This document shows positions 7,376-15,548 of a stretch of 18,989 bases of DNA, in pieces; position 1 is the stretch's first letter; each line of letters starts with the position of its first letter. The notes below the pieces were generated by a model. That model had not been told where the DNA came from. It saw only the letters and a program-made list of their open reading frames with translations, and did not search any database. Where the stretch lies: NCBI GenBank assembly GCA_964619725.1, contig CAZUFC010000145.1, positions 1-18,989 on the forward strand, given 5' to 3'. Both the position numbers and the translations under genes were made by a program. The stretch comes from an uncultured bacterium. GTDB taxonomy: Bacteria > CSSED10-310 > CAZUFC01.

Positions 7376-7670
7376 TTGAATCACAATGCAGCAGTGTCAT
7401 TAGATAATCGTTCTCTGCCGGAGACTTTTTGTTTATTTCATTTATGTTAGGAAGCCCTTCGACAACCTTTAAGTATTCGCTGTCTTCCTCAATTAGATCA
7501 TTGCGCTCAAACCGGGTTTCAAGTATCACGCATGCTGATTCATAGGCTTTTTTTTCAGCTTCTTGTGGAGTTTTTCCTTCCTCATATACTCCACCGACAC
7601 CCGGAGCGATTGCGATGTATCCCTTTTCTCCCTCTTCTACAACTATTTTGAACAAGTAACCACTAATCAT
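7332..7670 (-). CDS. hicB: HicB-family antitoxin (partial RNase H fold, no evident DNA-binding domain)
   Basis: FKIVVEEGEKGYIAIAPGVGGVYEEGKTPQEA matches the HicB signature Y.a..P...G....G.T.eEA. SD AAGGTG at 7683-7678. Confidence 0.85.
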   Translation of the reverse strand: MISGYLFKIVVEEGEKGYIAIAPGVGGVYEEGKTPQEAEKKAYESACVILETRFERNDLIEEDSEYLKVVEGLPNINEINKKSPAENDYLMTLLHCDSNASPTTRKKMVKTG

Positions 7671-7717
7671 GATTTGTCACCTTATATTATCACTTTTGGG
7701 GACGTTCCCCACTTTTA

Positions 7718-7746
7718 AGGATAAATCAAGACAATTGTTTTGTCAA
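7718..7746 (-). promoter_or_regulatory. Sigma70-type promoter of hicBA
   Basis: Minus strand TTGACA (7746-7741), 17-nt spacer, TATCCT (7723-7718). The spacer contains the palindrome ACAATTGT. Confidence 0.65.
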
Positions 7747-7765
7747 AAGACAATTGTTTTGTCAA
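7728..7765. repeat. Perfect 19-bp tandem duplication
   Basis: AAGACAATTGTTTTGTCAA at 7728-7746 and 7747-7765. Confidence 0.95.
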
Positions 7766-7811
7766 CGACTGAAAACAAAAAAACCTGAATTATAATTTTT
7801 CGAATCAGGAT

Positions 7812-7831
7812 AAATTGGGATACTGCCGAAA
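7812..7831 (+). repeat. Right copy of the 20-bp direct repeat flanking the hicBA module
   Basis: AAATTGGGATACTGCCGAAA, 19/20 identical to 7000-7019. Confidence 0.8.
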
Positions 7832-7845
7832 ATATCTCTTCTCCC

Positions 7846-7873
7846 TTGACATGATGGAAATACTCTTTAGAAT
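7846..7873 (+). promoter_or_regulatory. Sigma70-type promoter of the TonB-dependent receptor
   Basis: TTGACA (7846-7851), 16-nt spacer, TAGAAT (7868-7873). SD GGGAGG at 7910-7915. Confidence 0.65.
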
Positions 7874-7919
7874 AAATCGGCGTGTTTAAATTCAATAATT
7901 TCATTCAAAGGGAGGAAAT

Positions 7920-10097
7920 ATGAAGAAGCACAGGATTAATTTTTCGATCATTTCCATTACTCTGGTTCTTGTTCTGATCGGCGGCTTTGGAGTTGCTGCT
8001 GAAACGGATGAAAATAGTTCGCTGGACGACCGGGAAATTCGGGTTAAAAAGAAAATTGTCGTAACTGCGACGAAATCGGAACGTGAAGTGATCGATATTC
8101 CGCGGGCGGTTATTCTGGAGACGCCTGAGTCTTACGATAATCGAAGTCCTGTGACGGCGTTGGACGCACTGGATGACGATATAGGGATATGGACGGAGAT
8201 AAAGACGGCTACGACGAGCGACCCGGTAATGCGCGGCGTTTCAGGATCAAACATACTGGCGCTTGTGGACGGAAACACGGTAACGACGTTATGGGGGGAA
8301 GGCGGCCTGGCTACGGACGATCTTTACGGCAAGATTGATTCCGAGTGGATCGACAGGATTGAGGTTGTCCGGGGGCCTTCGTCGGTTCTTTACGGTTCCA
8401 ACTGCCTGGGCGGCGTGATCAATTTTATAACGGAAAGTTCGCCGGTCAATTACACGAGCGAAGGGTTAAAAATGGGCGTTGGAGGCAAAATAGGATATGA
8501 TACGGCCAGTCAGGGTCAGAGATATAATCTGGAGTTGTTCGGAGCGTCGCCGAAGATGAAATTCATCCTGGGCGGCAGTTACAGAGATATCGGAAATTAC
8601 GAAGGCGGACGCGATTTCGGACTGCTCGATCCCACCAGCGGCGAAGACCTTAACGCCACGGCCAAAATCGAATTTTTGCCTCATGAAAAGCACCTGTTCA
8701 CATTCAACTATCAGCATACCGACAGGGACAACATTCATCGCTATTATCGACCTCAACAGGATAATGAAAATGATCGTGAGGCGTTAAACCTGTCTTACCA
8801 GGGATTCCAGGTAACCGATTTTTTTCATGAATATGAATTCCGTTTTTACTACCAGTTCAAGGAAGACCGTCGCGATGATTACAAAAATGAGAAGGAAGGA
8901 AAAGCCAAGACTACGACGTTGCAGGGGCATTTAAGAGCCGTCACGAAAATCAGCGATCATTCTTTCACTTACGGGTTCCAGTATCAGAGAGACGACGGCG
9001 AAAGCCCGGATGACGAACAATTTACCTGGACTGACTGGAATACCGGTGTAACTACAAAAGATGCCCCCGACTCCGTATGGCAGAATTACGGGGTTTATCT
9101 GCAGGATGAATGGAACGTTACGCCGAAATTCGACCTTATTCCGGCGATACGTTATGACGGCTTCAGGTTCGAATCCGATCCCGACGAATATTACCAGCCC
9201 GCTCCGGGGCAGAGCCGTGAACTCGACCGCATCGACGACACGAACAATGCTTTCACCGGGAGCCTGAGCGCTTTATACAAAATTACGGACGGATGGAGTA
9301 TGTTTGCAAATATAGGACGCGGATTCAGGGCCTGGCCGCCCAAGTTCGGCATAACGCAGCACGGATACGGCATTGTGGTTCCGAGCGAGTTGCCCGATCC
9401 GGCTACGAGCATGAGTTACGAACTGGGAATGAAAAGTTCCGGCAGGTATTCCTACTCCAATCTGACCTTATTTTATACGACGTTTGACGGATTCCCGAAG
9501 ATCTCTCCGGCGCCTTTCCAGGGACAGGACTGGTATGATTACGACGGCGACGGCGAACGAGACCCTGATGAAGATACGTACATTATCGAAAGCGGCGTTG
9601 AAGCTTATATTTACGGGGTCGAAACGAACGGTAAATTGAATCTGAAAGCCTTGCATCAGGGCATAAGTCCTCAATGGTACGTCAAAGGAGGATTTTCCTG
9701 GAATTACGCACAAGATACGACCAACGATGAACCTTTCAGACATGGAACTCCGCCCAGGGGATTGTTCTCCATAGGCTGGGAATCACAGGGAGCCAGGGAA
9801 ATCTGGTGGGAATTCACCACCGAAATGGTCGGCAAATGGGACCGCATTCCCGAAGATCGCCTGAACAACGACGTTGCTTACCGGGTTGACCCGCAGGATA
9901 AGACTTCTCCCTTGATAAGACCATACGGGCTTCCCGGCTATACCGTTTTCGACGTTCGGGGCGGCTTGCGTTTAAACGACAATATGTCTCTGAAATTAGC
10001 CGTTGAAAATATAGCCAATAAAAAATTCCGCCGGGCTCACAGCCGAATGGACGATCCGGGCACAAACATAAGAGCCACGCTGGCGTTCAGTTATTAA
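7920..10097 (+). CDS. TonB-dependent outer-membrane receptor (plug + beta-barrel), substrate unknown
   Basis: Signal peptide. Plug motifs IVVTATK, MRG...ILALVDG and [28 protein letters not shown]. Barrel motifs [16 protein letters not shown] and LAVENIANK. Amphipathic C-terminal strand ending in an aromatic residue (RATLAFSY). Confidence 0.95.
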   Translation: MKKHRINFSIISITLVLVLIGGFGVAAETDENSSLDDREIRVKKKIVVTATKSEREVIDIPRAVILETPESYDNRSPVTALDALDDDIGIWTEIKTATTSDPVMRGVSGSNILALVDGNTVTTLWGEGGLATDDLYGKIDSEWIDRIEVVRGPSSVLYGSNCLGGVINFITESSPVNYTSEGLKMGVGGKIGYDTASQGQRYNLELFGASPKMKFILGGSYRDIGNYEGGRDFGLLDPTSGEDLNATAKIEFLPHEKHLFTFNYQHTDRDNIHRYYRPQQDNENDREALNLSYQGFQVTDFFHEYEFRFYYQFKEDRRDDYKNEKEGKAKTTTLQGHLRAVTKISDHSFTYGFQYQRDDGESPDDEQFTWTDWNTGVTTKDAPDSVWQNYGVYLQDEWNVTPKFDLIPAIRYDGFRFESDPDEYYQPAPGQSRELDRIDDTNNAFTGSLSALYKITDGWSMFANIGRGFRAWPPKFGITQHGYGIVVPSELPDPATSMSYELGMKSSGRYSYSNLTLFYTTFDGFPKISPAPFQGQDWYDYDGDGERDPDEDTYIIESGVEAYIYGVETNGKLNLKALHQGISPQWYVKGGFSWNYAQDTTNDEPFRHGTPPRGLFSIGWESQGAREIWWEFTTEMVGKWDRIPEDRLNNDVAYRVDPQDKTSPLIRPYGLPGYTVFDVRGGLRLNDNMSLKLAVENIANKKFRRAHSRMDDPGTNIRATLAFSY

Positions 10098-13000
10098 TAT
10101 CGCAAGCGCCGTTTTTCAGTAACCGGAGAGGGCCATACCCGAATTCAATCATATCGAAATCACCGAGGATATCGTTTAAAGATTCTGTCAGAAGGGCGCC
10201 GTAGAATTTCAACCCTTGAGCTTCAGCGCTTCCCGTTTCCGGCCAGGTAAAATGAAAAATATTAACGTTTACTATGCCGGTTTCTACGTTCATTTCAACA
10301 AAGTCGAAGTCGGTCTGCCAGCCGGGATGCCAGAAAAACGAACCGAACACGTCTAAAAGCACGACGAAAGGTTGATTCAGGTAAGTTTCCGGGCCGGGAT
10401 TCGATATAGCGGCATCCAGATTGAAAAGGCTCCCGGGACAAAAGTATTCAGCGGAGATATCCAGTTTTACGCCGAGCGGAGGTATGGTTCCGGTAGGCGA
10501 GGGTATGACTGTCGGCGGCGTGGCGGTAAAAAGCGGGGTTAGTTTTATCGTCGGAATGTATGTGGGAGTAGGCGGCGGCATAGTGGGCGATGAAGTGGGA
10601 GAAAAGGTCGGAGAATCGGTCGGAATATTGGTTGGAGTATCCGTCGGTGTGAGGGTTTGAGACGGAGAAGATGTAGGGGTATCGGAAGGCGTTTGAGTGG
10701 GCGTTTGAGTAGGGATATCAGTCGGCGTCCCGGTAGGACTGTTCGTCGGGGTAGCGGTCGGTGTGCCGGTGGGAGAATTGGTTGGAGTATTAGTCGGGCT
10801 GAGCGTGTGAGTATGCGTCGGCGTTGCTGTAGGGGAGGACGTAGGCGTATCTGTCGGCGTTCTGGTGGGCGATGACGTGGGAGTCAAGGATGGCGTATTT
10901 GTTACTGTTGCGGTTGCTGTAGGCGAGAATGTCGGCGTAGATGTCGGAACCTGCGTCGGCGTTCGGGAAGGCGTTTCCGTGGGAACAAGAGTGGGCGTCC
11001 GTGTCGGAGTGTCCGTCGGGGTTAAGGTATCGGTTGCGGTCGGCGTAAGGGTCGGGACATGGGTCGGCGTCAATGTTGTTACTTCGGTGGGAACAGGCGT
11101 GGGTATCGAGCCGCAGGGTTCCTCCCGCAATATCACCACATCGTCGATGTTCCAACCGCAATACGTCCATCCGACATCTGTTGCTCCCATCGTCCATCGA
11201 ATATACACAGAAGGTTCTCCTGCAGCCTGTTCGGTGATGTCGTATTCCACATAGGTCCATTCGCCGTCGTACAATTCCGCATCCGGATTCTCCCATACGT
11301 TCGTCCAGTCAATACCGTCCTTAGAGACTCTCACATAGGCATGATCGTAAAGCGAACGTTCGACGCCCAGCCAGCGATAGAATCCCAACCTGTAGTTTTC
11401 TCCTTCTGTAAAGTCGAAAGGCCCGGCGGTCAAGTGTCTTTCCGGCATATTGTTGGTGTAATCTCCATCAAGTTGATAACCGAAGACGTTGGCGCCTGTG
11501 TATCCGGAACTCGGATCGGGGCCTCCGTGAGCGCCCCCCTGGCCTGTAGGCTGTCCCCAGGACCAGTGCGCTTCCGTATACCAGCCGGGGTCCGTATCCA
11601 TATTGAATTCCAGATATACCTCCGTTTCGTATGTGATAAAATCGTAATAAGCGCCTCCTGCGTCATCCGTAACAACGTTTTCGGCAGCATCGCGGGCCGT
11701 AACTGAATAAAAGTATTCTGTGCATTCATTCAAACCGCTTATTTCCATCGAATGTTCGAGACTCATTGCATCATCATTCACGACAAACGCGGGCGGAACA
11801 GACGCTCCGTAATGAATTTCCCCCGTACTCGGTTCATCCGTATTCCATGCTATAACGACACGTTGGGCGCCGAATTCGGCAACATGCACATCGGATATGA
11901 CGGGCGGCTCGCAGTCGATTACGGCATCATCCGTTTTTTCGACGTTATGACCGCCGTGCCCGTCGTCGGCATCGATATATATGGCCGTAACTGTATCGCC
12001 GTGAGTCACTTGCAGTTCGCCCGCTCCCGGCGAAAATTCAGTGAATTGTACAGCGCCGGTAAAAGTTCCTGAATCCTGCGGCGTTTCCTGCAAACTGACC
12101 GTTTCGCCTTCAGTATCGGTATCGCTGATGATTTCGATATCCTGAACGCCCTGCCCCTGCAGGTCTTCATCCTGTACCGTAATTTGAGCGGCTTGAGAGC
12201 AATTGTAAAAGGCGTGGTCCAGAGCGATTATGCCGTCGGATTGCCCCAGGGCTCCCGTTACCGCCAGAGCGAAATTCTGCGGACCTTCGGGAATATTGAA
12301 TCCCGTTACCGTGATATGATAGGTTCCGTTTTCCGGGCTTTCTAATCTCACGCATTCCACGTTATTGAGAACATCGTATGTTCCGCCTGTGACGGATACG
12401 CCTCCCGAATAAACGTTGCCTTTGTATTCATCGCCCTGGTAACTTACCGTCAGATTCAAATCGTTGATAAGATTAACCGCTGCGCCGGGAACCGAAGGCG
12501 GATCGGTCCATACCAGCGTCACTTCCAGGGGTTCGTCGGGATGCACGCTTCCTATGTAATATTCGATCGTTTCACCGGTCGTAATGCCTTCCCTGTGATC
12601 GTCGACGTAAAGCTTCCGGGCATCCCCTTCGAAGTAAAGAGCATTATCCAGCAGCACTCTGCCCCAACCCTGTCCGAATGTGGGTATGTCGTCATGTCCT
12701 GTACCGGCATCTTCCGTGTAAGCCCCCGTCATATTGACCGCGCTGTTGATCAACATGGCCTTCATTAATGCCGCGCTCGGCGTCATTGCGTTATCCGGAT
12801 TCGCCGCGCCCAGGGGATAAAAACCGTCAGTAAAATATTGTCTTATTAGCGCCGTCGCTCCGGCCATTCCCGGAGTCGCCATGCTGGTACCGCTGCCTGA
12901 AGTCGTCGAACAGCTCGTGCCGACAGAAGCAGAATATATGTTTTCTCCGCATATGGCTACGTCAGGCTTTATCCTGCCGTCGTCCGTAGGACCGTGACTG

Positions 13001-14307
13001 GAAAAATCCGCCATGTTTTCCGCACTGCTTCCCGGTTGCGTCGCTCCCACCGTCACAACATTCTTGGCGACGCCCGGAGGACGTATCCGGTCCGCATAAT
13101 AATATTCGTTGCCCGCAGCATATATCATCAGATAATCCTGCTTGTCATACGTGAACTGGTCCACCTCAGCGCAATCGTCATGATAATATCCCGCATTCCC
13201 GGGCCATCCCCAACTGTTGGAGTGTATCATTCCTCCTATGTCATAAACTTCCTGGTGAGCCGAATATTCGTCGTCCGGAGGATATACGTCCCAGGAATCT
13301 CCGTAATCCTGAACGATCAGCAGCGCTTCAACGGCTATTCCGTCGCCGTCGTCATGCTCCCCTTCGTTCGCAAAATCGTCGCCCGCTATAGTGCCGGCAG
13401 TATGAGTCCCATGACCCTGCGTATCATAACCGCTTACATATTCTGACGGCCCCAGGTAGGATACAATCTTGCGCTGATCAAAATCAGGCGGCTGGTTCGG
13501 CGGTATCAAACCCTGCTCCGTATCATAAAAATAACACATGTCCGCATCAACTCCCGTATCCATTACTCCTATAAGTTGTCCGGCCCCCTTGATACCCCTT
13601 TCGTAAACCGGCGTCGTCTGGCCCGCGTATAATCCGCTCTGAACCACCCACATCGTCTGGTTGTTGCATAATTCATAATCCGGATACTCCTGAATCCACT
13701 CCACCTCCGCAAGAAACGCCAATTCCCTCACAACATCGTATGCCGTTCCCGCCTCCACCGTGAAACTCACCTTGCGCCGAAATGCATTCTCTGTCTCTGC
13801 CAGTATCCTTCCCTCATATTTCCGGATTACCGCAGCCGCATTTTCAAAAGGCTCCCCAGGAAAAATCAATACCCGCAGCTTAACATCCCGCGCCCGACCG
13901 GCAATTCGTTCCAGGATTCCCGGCATTACCTTCAAAACAGGCTGATACAACCCCGTCCAATCAATATGAGGCGCCTGACTCAGCAGCTCCGCCTGCTCCT
14001 TCGTTTCCGCTTTGACCAGGTAACCGTTCCAGGGTATGTATGAAATAATTGATATGCCTTTTTTTTCAAGGGATGATCGCCATTCATCACGGATGATGCC
14101 TTCAAAATGCACCAGATAATATCCGGGCTCCCCATAAGCCTCTTCGTTCAACCATTCCGCCGATATGCCGGAATAACCCTTTTCGACGGAGATCGTTCCC
14201 GTCGTAAAACATAACCGGCCGTAATCCGGCGTCGATGCCTGAACAGAAAAACAACTGACGAACATCAACATTATCGATAATAAAAATGCCGCTCCATATG
14301 CCTTCAT
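10087..14307 (-). CDS. Secreted S8 subtilisin-like serine protease (KP-43-like) with accessory beta domains, ~210-aa Pro/Thr linker and a C-terminal domain of unknown function
   Basis: Triad [15 protein letters not shown] and SGTSMATP. Oxyanion AAGNE. KP-43-like motifs [27 protein letters not shown] and VTLVWTD...NDLNL...NNVE. Start moved from 14346 to ATG 14307 (SD GGGAGGA, signal peptide [10 protein letters not shown]...VQA). Confidence 0.95.
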   Translation of the reverse strand: MKAYGAAFLLSIMLMFVSCFSVQASTPDYGRLCFTTGTISVEKGYSGISAEWLNEEAYGEPGYYLVHFEGIIRDEWRSSLEKKGISIISYIPWNGYLVKAETKEQAELLSQAPHIDWTGLYQPVLKVMPGILERIAGRARDVKLRVLIFPGEPFENAAAVIRKYEGRILAETENAFRRKVSFTVEAGTAYDVVRELAFLAEVEWIQEYPDYELCNNQTMWVVQSGLYAGQTTPVYERGIKGAGQLIGVMDTGVDADMCYFYDTEQGLIPPNQPPDFDQRKIVSYLGPSEYVSGYDTQGHGTHTAGTIAGDDFANEGEHDDGDGIAVEALLIVQDYGDSWDVYPPDDEYSAHQEVYDIGGMIHSNSWGWPGNAGYYHDDCAEVDQFTYDKQDYLMIYAAGNEYYYADRIRPPGVAKNVVTVGATQPGSSAENMADFSSHGPTDDGRIKPDVAICGENIYSASVGTSCSTTSGSGTSMATPGMAGATALIRQYFTDGFYPLGAANPDNAMTPSAALMKAMLINSAVNMTGAYTEDAGTGHDDIPTFGQGWGRVLLDNALYFEGDARKLYVDDHREGITTGETIEYYIGSVHPDEPLEVTLVWTDPPSVPGAAVNLINDLNLTVSYQGDEYKGNVYSGGVSVTGGTYDVLNNVECVRLESPENGTYHITVTGFNIPEGPQNFALAVTGALGQSDGIIALDHAFYNCSQAAQITVQDEDLQGQGVQDIEIISDTDTEGETVSLQETPQDSGTFTGAVQFTEFSPGAGELQVTHGDTVTAIYIDADDGHGGHNVEKTDDAVIDCEPPVISDVHVAEFGAQRVVIAWNTDEPSTGEIHYGASVPPAFVVNDDAMSLEHSMEISGLNECTEYFYSVTARDAAENVVTDDAGGAYYDFITYETEVYLEFNMDTDPGWYTEAHWSWGQPTGQGGAHGGPDPSSGYTGANVFGYQLDGDYTNNMPERHLTAGPFDFTEGENYRLGFYRWLGVERSLYDHAYVRVSKDGIDWTNVWENPDAELYDGEWTYVEYDITEQAAGEPSVYIRWTMGATDVGWTYCGWNIDDVVILREEPCGSIPTPVPTEVTTLTPTHVPTLTPTATDTLTPTDTPTRTPTLVPTETPSRTPTQVPTSTPTFSPTATATVTNTPSLTPTSSPTRTPTDTPTSSPTATPTHTHTLSPTNTPTNSPTGTPTATPTNSPTGTPTDIPTQTPTQTPSDTPTSSPSQTLTPTDTPTNIPTDSPTFSPTSSPTMPPPTPTYIPTIKLTPLFTATPPTVIPSPTGTIPPLGVKLDISAEYFCPGSLFNLDAAISNPGPETYLNQPFVVLLDVFGSFFWHPGWQTDFDFVEMNVETGIVNVNIFHFTWPETGSAEAQGLKFYGALLTESLNDILGDFDMIEFGYGPLRLLKNGACDINN

Positions 14308-14422
14308 AAAATCCTCCCGGATGAAAATAAGAGGGATATACTGCAAATACTACCGCAGTATTTTAAGGCGGGAAAAATCCCCTTTATTCGTTACTTAAAG
14401 TCATATTAAATGTCAAATTAAC

Positions 14423-14506
14423 AAAGGGAGAAAGGGAGAAAAGGACAAAGGGACAAAGGGACAAAGGGACCTAAGCGACCTAAGGGACCTAAAGGACAGA
14501 AGGGAC
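14423..14506. repeat. Purine-rich short tandem repeat: six 8-mers then four 9-mers
   Basis: AAAGGGAG x2, AAAAGGAC, AAAGGGAC x3, then CTAAGCGAC, CTAAGGGAC, CTAAAGGAC, AGAAGGGAC. Confidence 0.95.
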
Positions 14507-14575
14507 GCTTGGAATATAAAATCATTGGCGTTATCAAAAAACTTCATCGGAAAATTAAACGTGTTGGAAGAGAAT

Positions 14576-15271
14576 TTACTGCGCTTTGTGTTTTCTTAAT
14601 GCAGTTAAACCGTTGTCCTCTTCCATCGCTTTAAGGACAAAATCGAACTGGTCGCGGGCCAGACATAAATCAAAATCCCGTTGCGGCGACCATGCCTGGT
14701 TCGCCGGATCGAACAGCCTTCTCCCGCTTCCGCGCCTTAAACTTTCAACTGCTGCTCCAAAATCATACTCTTCGCTTTCAAGCATGCTTTTTATGTAACG
14801 CGCACAATAAACGTCTTCGTCCGCCTCCGTCACCCCTGCATTACCCATGCATACTAAAGAAACAATATCAGGGCTCTGTTTACGCACATATTCAGCTACT
14901 GAAGAGGCGTTTACGAAACTTCCCGTCAGTATCTCATTCGCTTTTACCGCATTCACAATCCCCTGGGTTCCCGCGCTGGTCGTCAATACTACGGTTTTAC
15001 CCGAAAAATCCACATTTTCGATGTGAGTCGGAGAATTCCCGTAATCAAAACCAGGTTGTTTCTTGCCGTCCCTTTCACCCATTAGAATATACTCCGGATG
15101 CTTACGCTTCAGTTCATAAGCAAGATTAATCTCTCCTACTGGTACGATTTTTTCTCCTCCGTTTTCCATCACGTAACAGGCAGTCGAAAAGGCGCGAAAA
15201 ACATCGATTATCACCGCTGTTCCCTCAGCCTGTTTCGCTCCTTCAATCAATTGAAGAATTCGTATTTCCAT
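14576..15271 (-). CDS. comB: 2-phosphosulfolactate phosphatase (ComB family)
   Basis: Motifs AVIIDVFRAFST, LMGER.G...GFDYGNSP, LTTSAGT, GSFVNA and EDVYCA. Start moved to ATG 15271 (MEIRIL) with SD AGGAG at 15280-15276. Confidence 0.92.
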   Translation of the reverse strand: MEIRILQLIEGAKQAEGTAVIIDVFRAFSTACYVMENGGEKIVPVGEINLAYELKRKHPEYILMGERDGKKQPGFDYGNSPTHIENVDFSGKTVVLTTSAGTQGIVNAVKANEILTGSFVNASSVAEYVRKQSPDIVSLVCMGNAGVTEADEDVYCARYIKSMLESEEYDFGAAVESLRRGSGRRLFDPANQAWSPQRDFDLCLARDQFDFVLKAMEEDNGLTALRKHKAQ

Positions 15272-15548
15272 TGTTCTCCTCGATGGTTGCAGACTTATGA
15301 TCAATGCCCCGAACGATTATACGACGGCTCTCCGGGAAAAGCTAATAATAATAAGATGATTCCGGTAGATTCTGAGAAAAATGAAGAATTAATTTGACTT
15401 TGACCGAATTATAACTAAAAAGTGTATTGACATTTTCTACTGCAATTTCGGAGAAAAAGTCGAAGGCTTCAAATGATTGAATGGAAAAAGGAACTTGAAC
15501 AAAAGCTCAGGAAATTATTCCTGGGCGGCATTGAACGGAGGTAGTTCT

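Noticed and set aside
7000-7831. Integron gene cassette (attC-bounded TA module)
   Set aside because: The flanks lack clear RYYYAAC/GTTRRRY attC cores, and no intI is present in the window.
7874-7919. Fur box or cobalamin riboswitch upstream of the TonB receptor
   Set aside because: Only a weak AT-rich resemblance to GATAATnATTATC, and the leader is too short for a riboswitch.
10421-11254. Val/Gly-rich plus-strand ORFs (also 768-1187 and 2052-2258 on the minus strand)
   Set aside because: They are reverse-complement read-outs of Pro/Thr linker codons.
14308-14346. ORF-track start of the protease at 14346
   Set aside because: ATG 14307 has a strong SD and begins a normal signal peptide. The extension contains the SD itself.
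14345-14416. Protease promoter/operator (minus-strand TTGACA 14416-14411; palindrome AAATACT-N5-AGTATTT 14345-14363)
   Set aside because: No good -10 at canonical spacing, and a single 7-bp AT-rich palindrome could arise by chance.
15272-15304. ORF-track start of comB at 15304
   Set aside because: ATG 15271 has the SD AGGAG and matches the expected family N-terminus.
15394-15450. Promoter for the giant ORF (TTGACT 15394, TTGACC 15400, TTGACA 15427)
   Set aside because: None has a convincing -10 at 16-18 nt, so the promoter position cannot be assigned.
15505-15526. Hairpin GCTCAGGAA-ATTA-TTCCTGGGC as a terminator or riboswitch
   Set aside because: No U-tract and no recognisable aptamer. It does not occlude the SD.
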